Part shown: positions 38,192-47,453 of the stretch, piece after piece
Layout: every line of letters starts with the position of its first letter
Position numbering within the stretch: the stretch's first letter is position 1
Assembly: GCA_963664405.1 (NCBI GenBank)
Contig: OY761158.1
Span: 2,048,001 to 2,112,000, forward strand
Length of the DNA stretch: 64,000 nt
Source of the DNA: Thermoanaerobaculia bacterium
GTDB taxonomy: Bacteria; Acidobacteriota; Thermoanaerobaculia; Multivoradales; Multivoraceae
Direction of reading: 5' to 3'
Notes under the pieces: model-generated
Told to the model about the DNA's origin: nothing
Databases searched by the model: none
What the model saw: the letters and a program-made list of their open reading frames with translations, nothing else
Program-made: the position numbers and the translations under genes

Positions 38192-39205
38192 CTACTCCGA
38201 GCGCTGGGCGAAAACCCGCTCGATGATCAACTCGATTGGCGGGTCCTCCACCGATAGATCGACCACCGGCAGGTCCTCGAGCAATCTGGCAGTTACCTTC
38301 GGCGTCTCCGCCTTCGCTACCTGCAGCGAGTAGCGCCCCCCCTCCTGGGCAATGACGTTCCCGTACTCCGAAAGATCGTGGGTCCCATCACCGAGGTCCA
38401 CAATGATCGTCTTCTGCGCAGTGAAGCGACGCACCAGGACGTCGAGGTCACCATCGAAAAGAGCCGCGCCGTCGTTGATCACGATCACTCGTTTGCACAG
38501 AGCTTCGACATCGGCCATGTAGTGACTGGTGAGAATGATGGTCGCCTCGTACTTCGTCCGATACGCCTCGACAAACGATCGAATTCGGCGCTGCATCGTG
38601 ACGTCCAAACCCAGCGTAGGCTCATCGAGAAAAAGGATACGCGGCCGGTGAAGTAGGGCCGCGGCCACCTCACACTTCATGCGCTCGCCCAGAGAGAGGT
38701 TGCGCACCGGCTTCTGCAACAGATCGGAGAGGTCGAGAAGCTCGACCAACTCGTCGCGGCTGTCGCTGAACTCGTTCGCCGACAGCCGGTAGATGGCACG
38801 GTTGCGCTCCAGAGAATCGGCTACCGGAATGTCCCAGATAAGCTGATTGCGCTGCCCCATCACCAAGGTCATCTGACGCAAGAACTCCTTTCGGCGTTCG
38901 AAAGGCTCGAAGCCCAGAACCCGCACGCGGCCCGAGGTCGGGTAGAGGAGGCCCGAGAGCATCTTGAGCGTCGTTGTCTTACCGGCGCCGTTGGGCCCGA
39001 TGAAGCCGACAATCTCGCCCGGCGCAATGGAGAAGGTAACCGCCTTCACCGCCTCGACGCGCCGGGTCTCGCGCCGAAAGAGGCTACGAACCGCAGCACC
39101 AAGGCCGGTCTCCCGCACCGGGACCAGATAGGTCTTGGTGAGCTCGACGACGTCGATGGCGGAGCCTGTCGTCGCCGGAAGCGGCGCTTCAGTACCCGTC
39201 AGCAC
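38192..39205 (-). CDS. ABC transporter ATP-binding protein
   Basis: GPNGAGKT, LSLGERMK, LFLDEPT. Confidence 0.94.
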   Translation of the reverse strand: MLTGTEAPLPATTGSAIDVVELTKTYLVPVRETGLGAAVRSLFRRETRRVEAVKAVTFSIAPGEIVGFIGPNGAGKTTTLKMLSGLLYPTSGRVRVLGFEPFERRKEFLRQMTLVMGQRNQLIWDIPVADSLERNRAIYRLSANEFSDSRDELVELLDLSDLLQKPVRNLSLGERMKCEVAAALLHRPRILFLDEPTLGLDVTMQRRIRSFVEAYRTKYEATIILTSHYMADVEALCKRVIVINDGAALFDGDLDVLVRRFTAQKTIIVDLGDGTHDLSEYGNVIAQEGGRYSLQVAKAETPKVTARLLEDLPVVDLSVEDPPIELIIERVFAQRSE

Positions 39206-39294
39206 TTACTCGTGAAGCTCTCATGCCCGTCTCGACTCTTCCTGCCGGCATCATACCTGGGTCGCGAGGGCGAGCCGAAGTAGAATCCACCCAC

Positions 39295-40674
39295 ATGCAA
39301 CCGCGAAGAAAGCCTTCCAAAGGGGTCGGCCTCAGCCTCCTTCTACTACTTCTGATCCCCGCCTGGGTCGGTACCGCCAAGGCACAGCTCAGCGATTGGC
39401 CGAACTGGCGGGGTCCCCTTCACAACGGAACGAGTCCCGACGCCAACCCGCCCATTCACTGGAGCGAGACCAACAACGTCCGCTTCAAAGTGCCGATCCC
39501 CGGCGAGAGCCTCGCCTCTCCCATCGTCCATGGCGATCGGGTCTATGTGGTCACCGCCGTAGCGCTCGACGAGGCCGCCTACGCCACCAACAAAGAGGCC
39601 GCCCAAGGGGTCATCGATCGCGGTGAGTGGCCACCGAAGGTAACCGCGGTTCGCCACCACTTCCGTGTCTATGCCTTCAATCGAGAGGACGGCAGCCTGG
39701 TGTGGGAACGATTGGCGACCGAGCGCGTGCCCCACGAGAGTCACTATCTCGACTCCTCTTATGCCTGCGCCTCACCGTTGACCGACGGCGAGCGTCTTTT
39801 CGTCCATTTCGGTTCCAACGGCACCTACGCTTACACCCTCGACGGCGAGCTCATCTGGGAAACCGACCTCGGCGACATGACCGCTCGGCGCGGTTTCGGC
39901 GAGGCGAGCTCACCGGCGATCTCCGGCGATCTTCTGGTAGTCAACTGGGACCATGAGGGAGACTCGTTCATCGTCGCGCTCGACAAGAAGACGGGCCGGG
40001 AGGTCTGGCGAACAGAGCGACCCGGAGAGGTCACATCGTGGTCGACGCCTCTGATCGTCGAACATCAAGGTCGGAACCAAGTCGTGGTCTCGGCCACGGG
40101 CCGAAGCCGAGGCTATGACCTCTTGACCGGCAAGGAGCTCTGGAGCCTCGGCGGTATGACCGTCAACCAGATCCCCACCCCCATTCACAACCAGGGCGTC
40201 GTATACCTTGCCAGCGGCTATCGCGGCAACATGCTCCAGGCCGTCGACCTGGCCACAGCGAAGGGCGAGCTCGAAGGTACCGAGGCGGTGCTTTGGAGCT
40301 ACGAGCGTGACACTCCCTACGTCGCCACACCTCTTCTATACGGCCACAACTTCTATTTCATCAAACACTTCCGAAACATCCTCACGGTCCTCGACGCGAG
40401 CACGGGAGAGGTCCGTTACAACGAGGTGCGGCTCCCCGACCTCCGCCAGATCTATTCTTCGCCGGTCGGCGCGGCCGGGCGGGTCTATATCTTCGGCCGC
40501 GACGGCAACGCCCTCGTCCTCGAGGACGGCCCGAGCTTCAAGATCCTCGCCCACAACGTGCTCGACGACGACGTCGATGCCACCCCGGCTCTGGTCGGCG
40601 ATCGTATGTACGTCAGGGGGCGTCACTCCCTCTACTGCTTAGAAGCCGAGGCCCCGCCGTCTGCGGATCGCTAG
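39295..40674 (+). CDS. PQQ-binding-like beta-propeller protein (BamB-like)
   Basis: DWPNWRGP, ASPIV, ALDKKTGREVW, YSSPV repeats; signal peptide. Confidence 0.88.
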   Translation: MQPRRKPSKGVGLSLLLLLLIPAWVGTAKAQLSDWPNWRGPLHNGTSPDANPPIHWSETNNVRFKVPIPGESLASPIVHGDRVYVVTAVALDEAAYATNKEAAQGVIDRGEWPPKVTAVRHHFRVYAFNREDGSLVWERLATERVPHESHYLDSSYACASPLTDGERLFVHFGSNGTYAYTLDGELIWETDLGDMTARRGFGEASSPAISGDLLVVNWDHEGDSFIVALDKKTGREVWRTERPGEVTSWSTPLIVEHQGRNQVVVSATGRSRGYDLLTGKELWSLGGMTVNQIPTPIHNQGVVYLASGYRGNMLQAVDLATAKGELEGTEAVLWSYERDTPYVATPLLYGHNFYFIKHFRNILTVLDASTGEVRYNEVRLPDLRQIYSSPVGAAGRVYIFGRDGNALVLEDGPSFKILAHNVLDDDVDATPALVGDRMYVRGRHSLYCLEAEAPPSADR

Positions 40675-40679
40675 ACCCA

Positions 40680-41615
40680 ATGCCGCTCGTCTCCGGAACC
40701 AAGCTCAAGTCCCTGATGCGAGAGCCGCTGCTGCATTTTCTGCTGATCGGCGGCGCCGCTTTCGTCGTTTTCGACGACGTGGCGCTCGTCGACGCCTCAG
40801 CCGATAGCAAGAGGATCATTGTCGACCGCGAGAGCCTCCTCACCTTCATGCAGCAACGCGCCAGAGTTCTTTTGCCGGAGGGGTTCGCAGCTCAGCTCGA
40901 CGCGCTGTCCGGCGAGCGACGCGCACAGCTGGTCGAGGATTACGTGCGCGAAGAGGCGCTCTATAGAGAAGCCAAGGCGATGCAGCTGGATGACGCCGAC
41001 TACGGCGCACGCCAGCGGCTCATCGGGCAGCTGCGCTTCATCAACGAAGGCTTCGTTGCCGCATCGATCGAGGTCTCGGAGCAGGAGCTGCTCGATTACC
41101 TGCGAGCTCACTCGGACCGCTACAGCGTCGTGCCGACGATCACCTTTACCCACGTCTTCTTCAGTGCCGAAAGACACGGCGACGAATCAGCGCGCGACCT
41201 CGCCGAGGCCAAGCTAGGGGTATTGAACTCGGAGCAGGTGCCGTTCCACCAGGCTGTGGGCCATGGCGATCGTTTTCTCTACCACACAAACTACGTACGC
41301 AAGGGAGCCGGCGACATCGACAGCCACTTTGGGCGCGAAATGCAACGACCGCTGTTCGCCGCTGAGCCCGACGAGAAGACCTGGATCGGCCCCTTCCGCT
41401 CCGAGTACGGCTACCATCTCGTTCTGCTCACGACCAAGTCGGCCGGCTACCTACCGAGTCTCGACCAGGTGCGCGCGCGCGTCGAATCTGATGCGATACA
41501 AGCTCGCCTGGAGAATGCCTTCGAGGAGATGACGGACTCGATCGTGGAGAGCTACGAGGTCGAGCTCGACGCTGTCCTCAGAGAAGAGGCCGACCTCGCG
41601 GCGAGCTCGCGATGA
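40680..41615 (+). CDS. Peptidyl-prolyl cis-trans isomerase (parvulin-like)
   Basis: REPLLHFLLIG, YVREEALYREA, WIGPFRSEYGYHLV. Confidence 0.85.
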   Translation: MPLVSGTKLKSLMREPLLHFLLIGGAAFVVFDDVALVDASADSKRIIVDRESLLTFMQQRARVLLPEGFAAQLDALSGERRAQLVEDYVREEALYREAKAMQLDDADYGARQRLIGQLRFINEGFVAASIEVSEQELLDYLRAHSDRYSVVPTITFTHVFFSAERHGDESARDLAEAKLGVLNSEQVPFHQAVGHGDRFLYHTNYVRKGAGDIDSHFGREMQRPLFAAEPDEKTWIGPFRSEYGYHLVLLTTKSAGYLPSLDQVRARVESDAIQARLENAFEEMTDSIVESYEVELDAVLREEADLAASSR

Positions 41616-42625
41616 AGCGCCGGATCGCTAACGCTGCGCTGCCGGCACTGGTTCTCAGCCTGTGCGCCGCTGTCGAGGCCGACGACAGCCGGCCGCTCCT
41701 CATCGAAGTCACCGAGACCTACCAAGATACCTTCCGGGTCCAATTGACAGCGCCTCCTCGGGTGGCGATGTTCGGTACGCCCGTTGTTGTCATGCCCGAG
41801 CACTGCCAGGGAGCGGTAGGAGCGGCAGGCGAAGCTCCCCGGGGGCAAGGCCGGCGTTACTATCACTGCGTCGACGGCCTCTCGGGTCAGACTCTGGAGA
41901 TCGAGTTTCCGGGAGCTCGGTCCGCGGCGGCCACCGTCATCCGATTCAGTCGCGAGAACGGCGAAACGCTGACGGCGGTGCTCGATCCGGACGAAACGCA
42001 ATGGATCGTCCCGGACGCCCAAACACCAATGCGCGTTGCCGGCAGCTACGTGCGTTTCGGCATCGCCCACATCTGGGTCGGCTACGACCACCTCCTCTTT
42101 CTGCTCTGTCTACTCTGGATCGCGGGTCGTTGGCGGCGGATCGTCGCTACGGTTACCGGCTTCACCCTGGCGCACTCGCTGACCTTGGCTCTGGCCGCCC
42201 TGGATGTGGTCCGACTGCCGGTGCCGGTGGTAGAAGCTGTGATCGCCCTCAGCGTTCTCTTTCTCGCCATCGAGGTCGCCAAGGGGCGCCGCGCGAACCT
42301 GACCTGGCGCTACCCGATCGCGGTGTCGAGCTCGTTCGGGCTCCTTCACGGACTGGGCTTTGCGGCCGTCTTGATGGAGATAGGCCTGCCCCAAACGCAG
42401 GTGGTGACCGGCCTCCTTTTCTTCAATGTCGGCGTCGAGATCGGGCAGCTGGCCTTCGCCGCGCTGGTCCTAGCCGGCCTGTGGATGCTGAGACGGTTTG
42501 CTACCCAATGGATGACGGCATCCCACTTCGACGATCGGATGCAGACCGCCATGGGCTACAGCGTCGGCTGCGTCGCCGCCTACTGGCTGTTCCAGCGCGC
42601 GATGCCGCTGATCGGCGCGGCGTGA
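41612..42625 (+). CDS. HupE/UreJ family membrane protein
   Basis: HIWVGYDHLLF, FTLAHSLTL, FGLLHGLGFA, FNVGVEIGQL. Confidence 0.9.
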   Translation: MKRRIANAALPALVLSLCAAVEADDSRPLLIEVTETYQDTFRVQLTAPPRVAMFGTPVVVMPEHCQGAVGAAGEAPRGQGRRYYHCVDGLSGQTLEIEFPGARSAAATVIRFSRENGETLTAVLDPDETQWIVPDAQTPMRVAGSYVRFGIAHIWVGYDHLLFLLCLLWIAGRWRRIVATVTGFTLAHSLTLALAALDVVRLPVPVVEAVIALSVLFLAIEVAKGRRANLTWRYPIAVSSSFGLLHGLGFAAVLMEIGLPQTQVVTGLLFFNVGVEIGQLAFAALVLAGLWMLRRFATQWMTASHFDDRMQTAMGYSVGCVAAYWLFQRAMPLIGAA

Positions 42626-42628
42626 CGA

Positions 42629-44503
42629 CTATTCGGGCGTGTACCAGATCGGCGAGCTGTATGCCCGCTCCTGGGTGATCATCGGAATACCGTCGGGAAT
42701 GTCGGTGACCCCGTAGAACTTGGCGTCGTAGGCGGTCCAGCGCGGGGTCGGGATCTCGAGAACGCGCAGGTAGTAGAAGGCGTGCTCCTCCGGCTTGAAG
42801 TCGGGGTCCCGCCAAACGACGGCGAGCTCCGGATCACCGATACTGTTCAAGTAGGTCGCTTCGGCAACGTCGACCGTGTTGCCGACAGGCTCCACCTTGC
42901 CGTCGCGAGCGACCGCGCGCCCGTCCGAAAGGGCGACGTCGAAGATCTTCTCGTGCAGCTCGCCGCCGCCCGAGCGCCACCCCTTGATCACCTGGACCCG
43001 GTCGAGGTGTGCCCCATCCGGATCCTTCACCGCACGGATCAGAAAACTGGGGCTCTGCCCCCGCGGCGCCTGCGCCAGATCGCCGCCCATCGGCACGCCC
43101 TTCTCGTAGCCCACGCTCGCCGGGTCTCGCCGGTCGGCGTCCGCGGGCACGAAGTCCCAGCCGCCGAAAAAGCGTACCGTCATGCGGGGTCCCGTCGTTG
43201 CGTACGCTTCTCGACGCCGCATCGCATCGAAGATAGCCTCGCGGGTGTTCTCGGTCGCCCACACCGCCGCATAGCCGGATGCAGCCATCTCCCAATTGGT
43301 CGTCGGCCTCGAATTGGATAGCCGCCGCGCGCTCGGTTCACCGGGTGCCACCTTGCCGAAGAAATTGTCTTCGTCGACCGCGGCCAGCGAGGTGTGCGAG
43401 TCCGAGCTGCCGATCATGCCGTACTTGAACGGATTCGCGCCCTTTTCCGCCTGCTCCGCGAGACCGAGCTTGAGTGCCGAGCGAGCATACTCGTACTGGA
43501 TCTTCTCGTTCGCCCGCGCGGGTGGCCGGACACCGTCAGCACCCAGCCTGTTGCCTCTCGTCCCGCCCCAGCCATTCCAGGTCTCGTAGTCGGCAAACTC
43601 GTCGGTGGGTGATAAGTAGGGATGGGTCTCGCTGTCACCTTTGATCTGAGTCGCTTCGAGTAGGGGCTCCCACCGCGAGCGTAGCCGTGAATAGGCAGCG
43701 GTCAGCGGCTGACCGTAGGAGTCCTCCAATCGGAACATATTGCCGCTGGTCAGATTGCCGTTGTGGGGAATCGCAAGAATCGACCCCTTGGTCTCGGCCT
43801 CATACTTCACCAGGTAGGCCCAGAGCTCTTCTTCTCTTCTGCTGTCGAAAGAGCTGAAAGGCAGCACTCGATTCGCTGTCGCGGCATCGTCGCGAAAGAT
43901 GACGACCCGGTGGTCGGAATCGCCGAGAGGCGTCCACTCGTAGCCGATGAAGGCGGTGAAAACACCGGGCTCGTTGTAGCGGTCGGCGTTACCGGTGATC
44001 TGATGCCAAACCGATCGGCGGAAAGCTTCGTCTCGAACCGAGATCTGCCAGGGTCGATGGGCCGGAAGCAGCGAGCCACTCTCGAGAGCCTGTTGATCGA
44101 TATCGTCACGCTGCTCGAGATCGGCGAGTGCTCGCTGCCACGACCGCCCGATCTCGGTCTCTCGGAATGCCGGGTCTTCCAGGTAGAAGTGACGCGAATA
44201 GGCAGCGCCGACGTTATTGGCATGGTCCGCGACAACGATGAAATCGAGCGGCCGGCGCAGCTTCGCTGGCAGCCCGGTGTTGCTCGTGACCTCTTCACCA
44301 CGGGCAAAGCGGTAAGCCTCGTCAGGACCCAGACGCGTACCTCCGGCCATCGCATCCCCGGAGAGAGCGGTATGCAGATGGGTGTCGCCCCAGTAGACGC
44401 GGTCGGGGTAGGTGCGCGAGACCTCGGGTGAATAGGACTCCTGCGCCTCACTCGGGCTCTGCCACGACATCCCAAGAATGCAGACCACCATCAATCGCAA
44501 CAT
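42629..44503 (-). CDS. DUF3604 domain protein (secreted, PHP-like)
   Basis: WGDTHLHT, FIGYEWT, IPHNGNL, QIKGDSETHP, QERAYSSPIWY. Confidence 0.9.
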   Translation of the reverse strand: MLRLMVVCILGMSWQSPSEAQESYSPEVSRTYPDRVYWGDTHLHTALSGDAMAGGTRLGPDEAYRFARGEEVTSNTGLPAKLRRPLDFIVVADHANNVGAAYSRHFYLEDPAFRETEIGRSWQRALADLEQRDDIDQQALESGSLLPAHRPWQISVRDEAFRRSVWHQITGNADRYNEPGVFTAFIGYEWTPLGDSDHRVVIFRDDAATANRVLPFSSFDSRREEELWAYLVKYEAETKGSILAIPHNGNLTSGNMFRLEDSYGQPLTAAYSRLRSRWEPLLEATQIKGDSETHPYLSPTDEFADYETWNGWGGTRGNRLGADGVRPPARANEKIQYEYARSALKLGLAEQAEKGANPFKYGMIGSSDSHTSLAAVDEDNFFGKVAPGEPSARRLSNSRPTTNWEMAASGYAAVWATENTREAIFDAMRRREAYATTGPRMTVRFFGGWDFVPADADRRDPASVGYEKGVPMGGDLAQAPRGQSPSFLIRAVKDPDGAHLDRVQVIKGWRSGGGELHEKIFDVALSDGRAVARDGKVEPVGNTVDVAEATYLNSIGDPELAVVWRDPDFKPEEHAFYYLRVLEIPTPRWTAYDAKFYGVTDIPDGIPMITQERAYSSPIWYTPE

Positions 44504-44637
44504 CACCAAAAGACTCCTCTCCCAACCGCCGGGGAAGCTTACATGAAGAGGCCGCCTCTTCGAGCGGTTGACTGTCGCCTCGGCGATGAGCCAGCATGGC
44601 GCTCCGAACCAAGACAAACCGAGAAAGGAAGCAGCGA

Positions 44638-45024
44638 ATGGGATTCACCGGTGTAGATCATATTGTCGTCCGTGTCCGCGATTTCGACGAGGGCGTCGCC
44701 ACCTACCGCGATGGATTGGGACTGGAGCTCGACCATACCGACGAGCACGAGGCGCTCGGCATCAAGCAGGCGTTCTTCAACCTCTCCGACGGCTCCTTTA
44801 TCGAGGTGGTCGCACCGCTCGGCCCCGAGTCCGCGGTCGGGCGCGCCGTGGAAAGCCGCGGCGAGGGGATTCACACAGTGGCGTTGGCCGTGGACAACCT
44901 CGACGAAACTGTCGAACGGCTAAAGGCCGGAGGGGCGCGCCTGATCGGAGAGGGCGGTCCCCAGGTCTTCGTTCATCCCAAATCCGCCCACGGCGTGCTC
45001 CTGCAGCTGAGCCCGAAGAAGTAG
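44638..45024 (+). CDS. VOC family protein (methylmalonyl-CoA epimerase-like)
   Basis: DHIVVRV, GEGIHTVALAV, FVHPKSAHGVLLQL. Confidence 0.85.
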   Translation: MGFTGVDHIVVRVRDFDEGVATYRDGLGLELDHTDEHEALGIKQAFFNLSDGSFIEVVAPLGPESAVGRAVESRGEGIHTVALAVDNLDETVERLKAGGARLIGEGGPQVFVHPKSAHGVLLQLSPKK

Positions 45025-45049
45025 AGACGCTCGGCAGCGAGGGCTCGGC

Positions 45050-45529
45050 GTGAAGGCGAACAACGCACGATCCTGGAAGGCCGCCGCGGTGGGCCTAGGC
45101 TTGATCTGCGCGCTCCTAGCGAGCCGCGCGATGTGGGCCTGGTGGCTGTATCTCAACTCGGCGACGACCTCATCTGGGGAGCAGCGCTGGCCTTTCCCAG
45201 GGCTCTATCTGGTCGAGGTCGCGGCACTGGCAGTGGCGGTCCCGCTACTACTCGCGATGGAGGGGCCTCAGCCGGATCGTAAAGGCACCGGCGCTTGGGC
45301 CGCGATCGGCGCTCTTGCGTCGATGGTTCTTATCGGCGGCTTCTCGATCGGGCCGTCACTGCAACTGTCGCTGGCGATCGGAGCACTGGCTGTAGCCGTC
45401 GGCAGCGTTGGCGTGCGGCGGTCCCCGATGAAGTGCCTTCTACCTCTGCTAGGGGGGCTCCTGGCTCAAGCGGCACTGATGCTGCTCGTCCTCTTCACCC
45501 TGCTGGCCACAGGAAGAGCGAGCCGGTAG
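45050..45529 (+). CDS. Hypothetical membrane protein
   Basis: 159-aa ORF with several hydrophobic segments filling the gap on the same strand. Confidence 0.6.
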   Translation: MKANNARSWKAAAVGLGLICALLASRAMWAWWLYLNSATTSSGEQRWPFPGLYLVEVAALAVAVPLLLAMEGPQPDRKGTGAWAAIGALASMVLIGGFSIGPSLQLSLAIGALAVAVGSVGVRRSPMKCLLPLLGGLLAQAALMLLVLFTLLATGRASR

Positions 45530-45623
45530 CGCAACCTCGCAGGCTGCTAGAAGGGGGGGCTGGCCTCTGCGATAACGACCGCCGAAGCGACTCGACGCGG
45601 CTCAGTTCCTGCCGCGCAGACTC

Positions 45624-46367
45624 CTAGCCCCGTAGGCCGCTCAGGTGGTCGACTTCGTTGAAGTTCTGCAGCGACCAGACGTGACCGTGCGGGCCCATGG
45701 GCCTGGCGCCGCTGACTGAGAAGGATGCAAGCTCGCTCTCGAAGCGGATCCACTCCCACGGCACCGGCCGAATGTCGAGCAGGTGCGTGAGGGCAACGGC
45801 ATTGCTCCCTCCATGCGCAACGATGAGGATCGTGGGGCTCTCCTCTCCTAGATCCCACAGTTTGAAGTCGTCGCTGCGACGCCCGCGAATGCCGTGACGT
45901 CCGAGAATGTCGGCAATCGAGCCGGTGATTCGCGCGTGAAAGTCCATGAAGGGCTCGGCTCCGGGCCAGCCCGCCCAATGTTCTTCGAGAGGACGTTGTG
46001 CCGCCTCCACAAAGTAGCGGTCCACGTCCTCCTGACTCAGACCTCCGAGCGCCACCGCGATCTCCGCCAGCCCATCGATGGTGACGGGCTCGATCCCGGT
46101 CTGCTCGGCGATCGGGATCGCCGTCTCCTGGCATCGACACAAGGGACTCACATAGATCGCGTCGACGCCCTCTGCTGCCAGGCGGGTCGCGGCGGCTTCC
46201 GCCTGGCGCTGGCCGTAGACCGTCAGGCCTGGATCATCGATCGAGAGACCGTCCGCCGCTGTCCAGGCAGGATCTCCATGCCGGAGGAGAATAAGCCGCG
46301 GCTGCGAGGCGGCCCGACCGGCTGCCTCGCGCAGCGCTGCGGGTCCTGGTCCAGGTACTCGTGACAC
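45624..46367 (-). CDS. Histidine phosphatase (PGAM) family protein
   Basis: LILLRHG, SPLCRCQETA, VAHGG, NEVDHL. Confidence 0.9.
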   Translation of the reverse strand: MSRVPGPGPAALREAAGRAASQPRLILLRHGDPAWTAADGLSIDDPGLTVYGQRQAEAAATRLAAEGVDAIYVSPLCRCQETAIPIAEQTGIEPVTIDGLAEIAVALGGLSQEDVDRYFVEAAQRPLEEHWAGWPGAEPFMDFHARITGSIADILGRHGIRGRRSDDFKLWDLGEESPTILIVAHGGSNAVALTHLLDIRPVPWEWIRFESELASFSVSGARPMGPHGHVWSLQNFNEVDHLSGLRG

Positions 46368-46382
46368 GAGGCGAGAGTCTGC

Positions 46383-46474
46383 CAGCTATCGGAAATGATA
46401 GCTATCATTTCCGATAGCTGAACAACATGGCGCCGAGGACGGCGCATCCGGAAGGAGTGATCGCGCCCTCCTAG
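46383..46474. repeat. Family A palindromic element, copy 2
   Basis: Perfect 38-bp palindrome 46383-46420 plus GCGCCGAGGACGGCGC (46430-46445); ends CTCCTAG. Confidence 0.85.
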
Positions 46475-46490
46475 CACGCTGCGCGTCGCG

Positions 46491-47453
46491 CTAGTAGCTC
46501 AAACGCAGACCCGGCCTGGACCACTCGGTCGATACCAGACGACCGGTTCCCGAGAGCGTGATGTAGGCGGTGCGAAAGTCCGCGCCGCCGAAACAGATGT
46601 TGGTGGTCAGAGGGTCCGGCGCTCGCACATGCTCGACGATGTCGCCCTCGGGGGAGATGACGGTGATGCCCCCGGTGAGCAGGGTGGCGACGCAGATATT
46701 GCCGCCCGCCTCCACCGCCAGCGAGTCAAAAAGATGCTTGCCCGGCGGATCGGCCACCAGCTCGCCGCTGTAGGGAAGGATGGTCTCGTCTTGAATCACC
46801 TCTCCCGGCGACGGGATCGCCCACTTCCACAGCCGCGTGGGATAGGTCTCGGCAACGTAGAGAGCCTTTCCATCCGGCGACAGCCCGATGCCGTTGGGCC
46901 CGTCGAGCGGAAAGATGACCTCACGAATCTCGGAACCGTCGGCCTTGGCGTAGAAAACACCGGTGCGATCGCGGTCTCGCTCTCGGGTCTGCCCGTGATC
47001 GGTGAACCAGAAGCCGCCGTGGGCGTCGAAAACGAGATCGTTGGGTGCCCGCAACGGGCGACCGTCGCACTCGGTGTAGAGATCCTCTACACGGCCGGTG
47101 TCGAGATCCACCCGCTGGATGCGACCCCCGATGTAGTCCTCGGCCTGCAGCCCAGGCACCTCGAGAAGCCCGCCAGGGAACTGGGCGATCGGTAGCTCGC
47201 CCACCTCTATCTTCTCGTAGTGAAAGCCGCCGTTATTACACACGTAGACGCCGCCGTCCGGGCCCAGAGCAGCCCCATTCGGACCTCCTCCACACTCCCC
47301 CACGACCTCGATCCGTCCGTCGGGGGTCACTCGAGAGAGGGTCCCGCGGGCGATCTCGACCAGCAGCACGCTGCCGTCTTCGAGGGCGATAGGTCCCTCC
47401 GGAAAGCCCAGCCCCGAAGTGACCTCATGCAGATCCGCATTCCTAGACAACAA
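46491..47453 (-). CDS. SMP-30/gluconolactonase family protein (start uncertain)
   Basis: GLGFPEGP, GGPNG, APNDLVFD, PNGIGLSPDG, TTNICFGG. Confidence 0.9.
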   Translation of the reverse strand: MLSRNADLHEVTSGLGFPEGPIALEDGSVLLVEIARGTLSRVTPDGRIEVVGECGGGPNGAALGPDGGVYVCNNGGFHYEKIEVGELPIAQFPGGLLEVPGLQAEDYIGGRIQRVDLDTGRVEDLYTECDGRPLRAPNDLVFDAHGGFWFTDHGQTRERDRDRTGVFYAKADGSEIREVIFPLDGPNGIGLSPDGKALYVAETYPTRLWKWAIPSPGEVIQDETILPYSGELVADPPGKHLFDSLAVEAGGNICVATLLTGGITVISPEGDIVEHVRAPDPLTTNICFGGADFRTAYITLSGTGRLVSTEWSRPGLRLSY

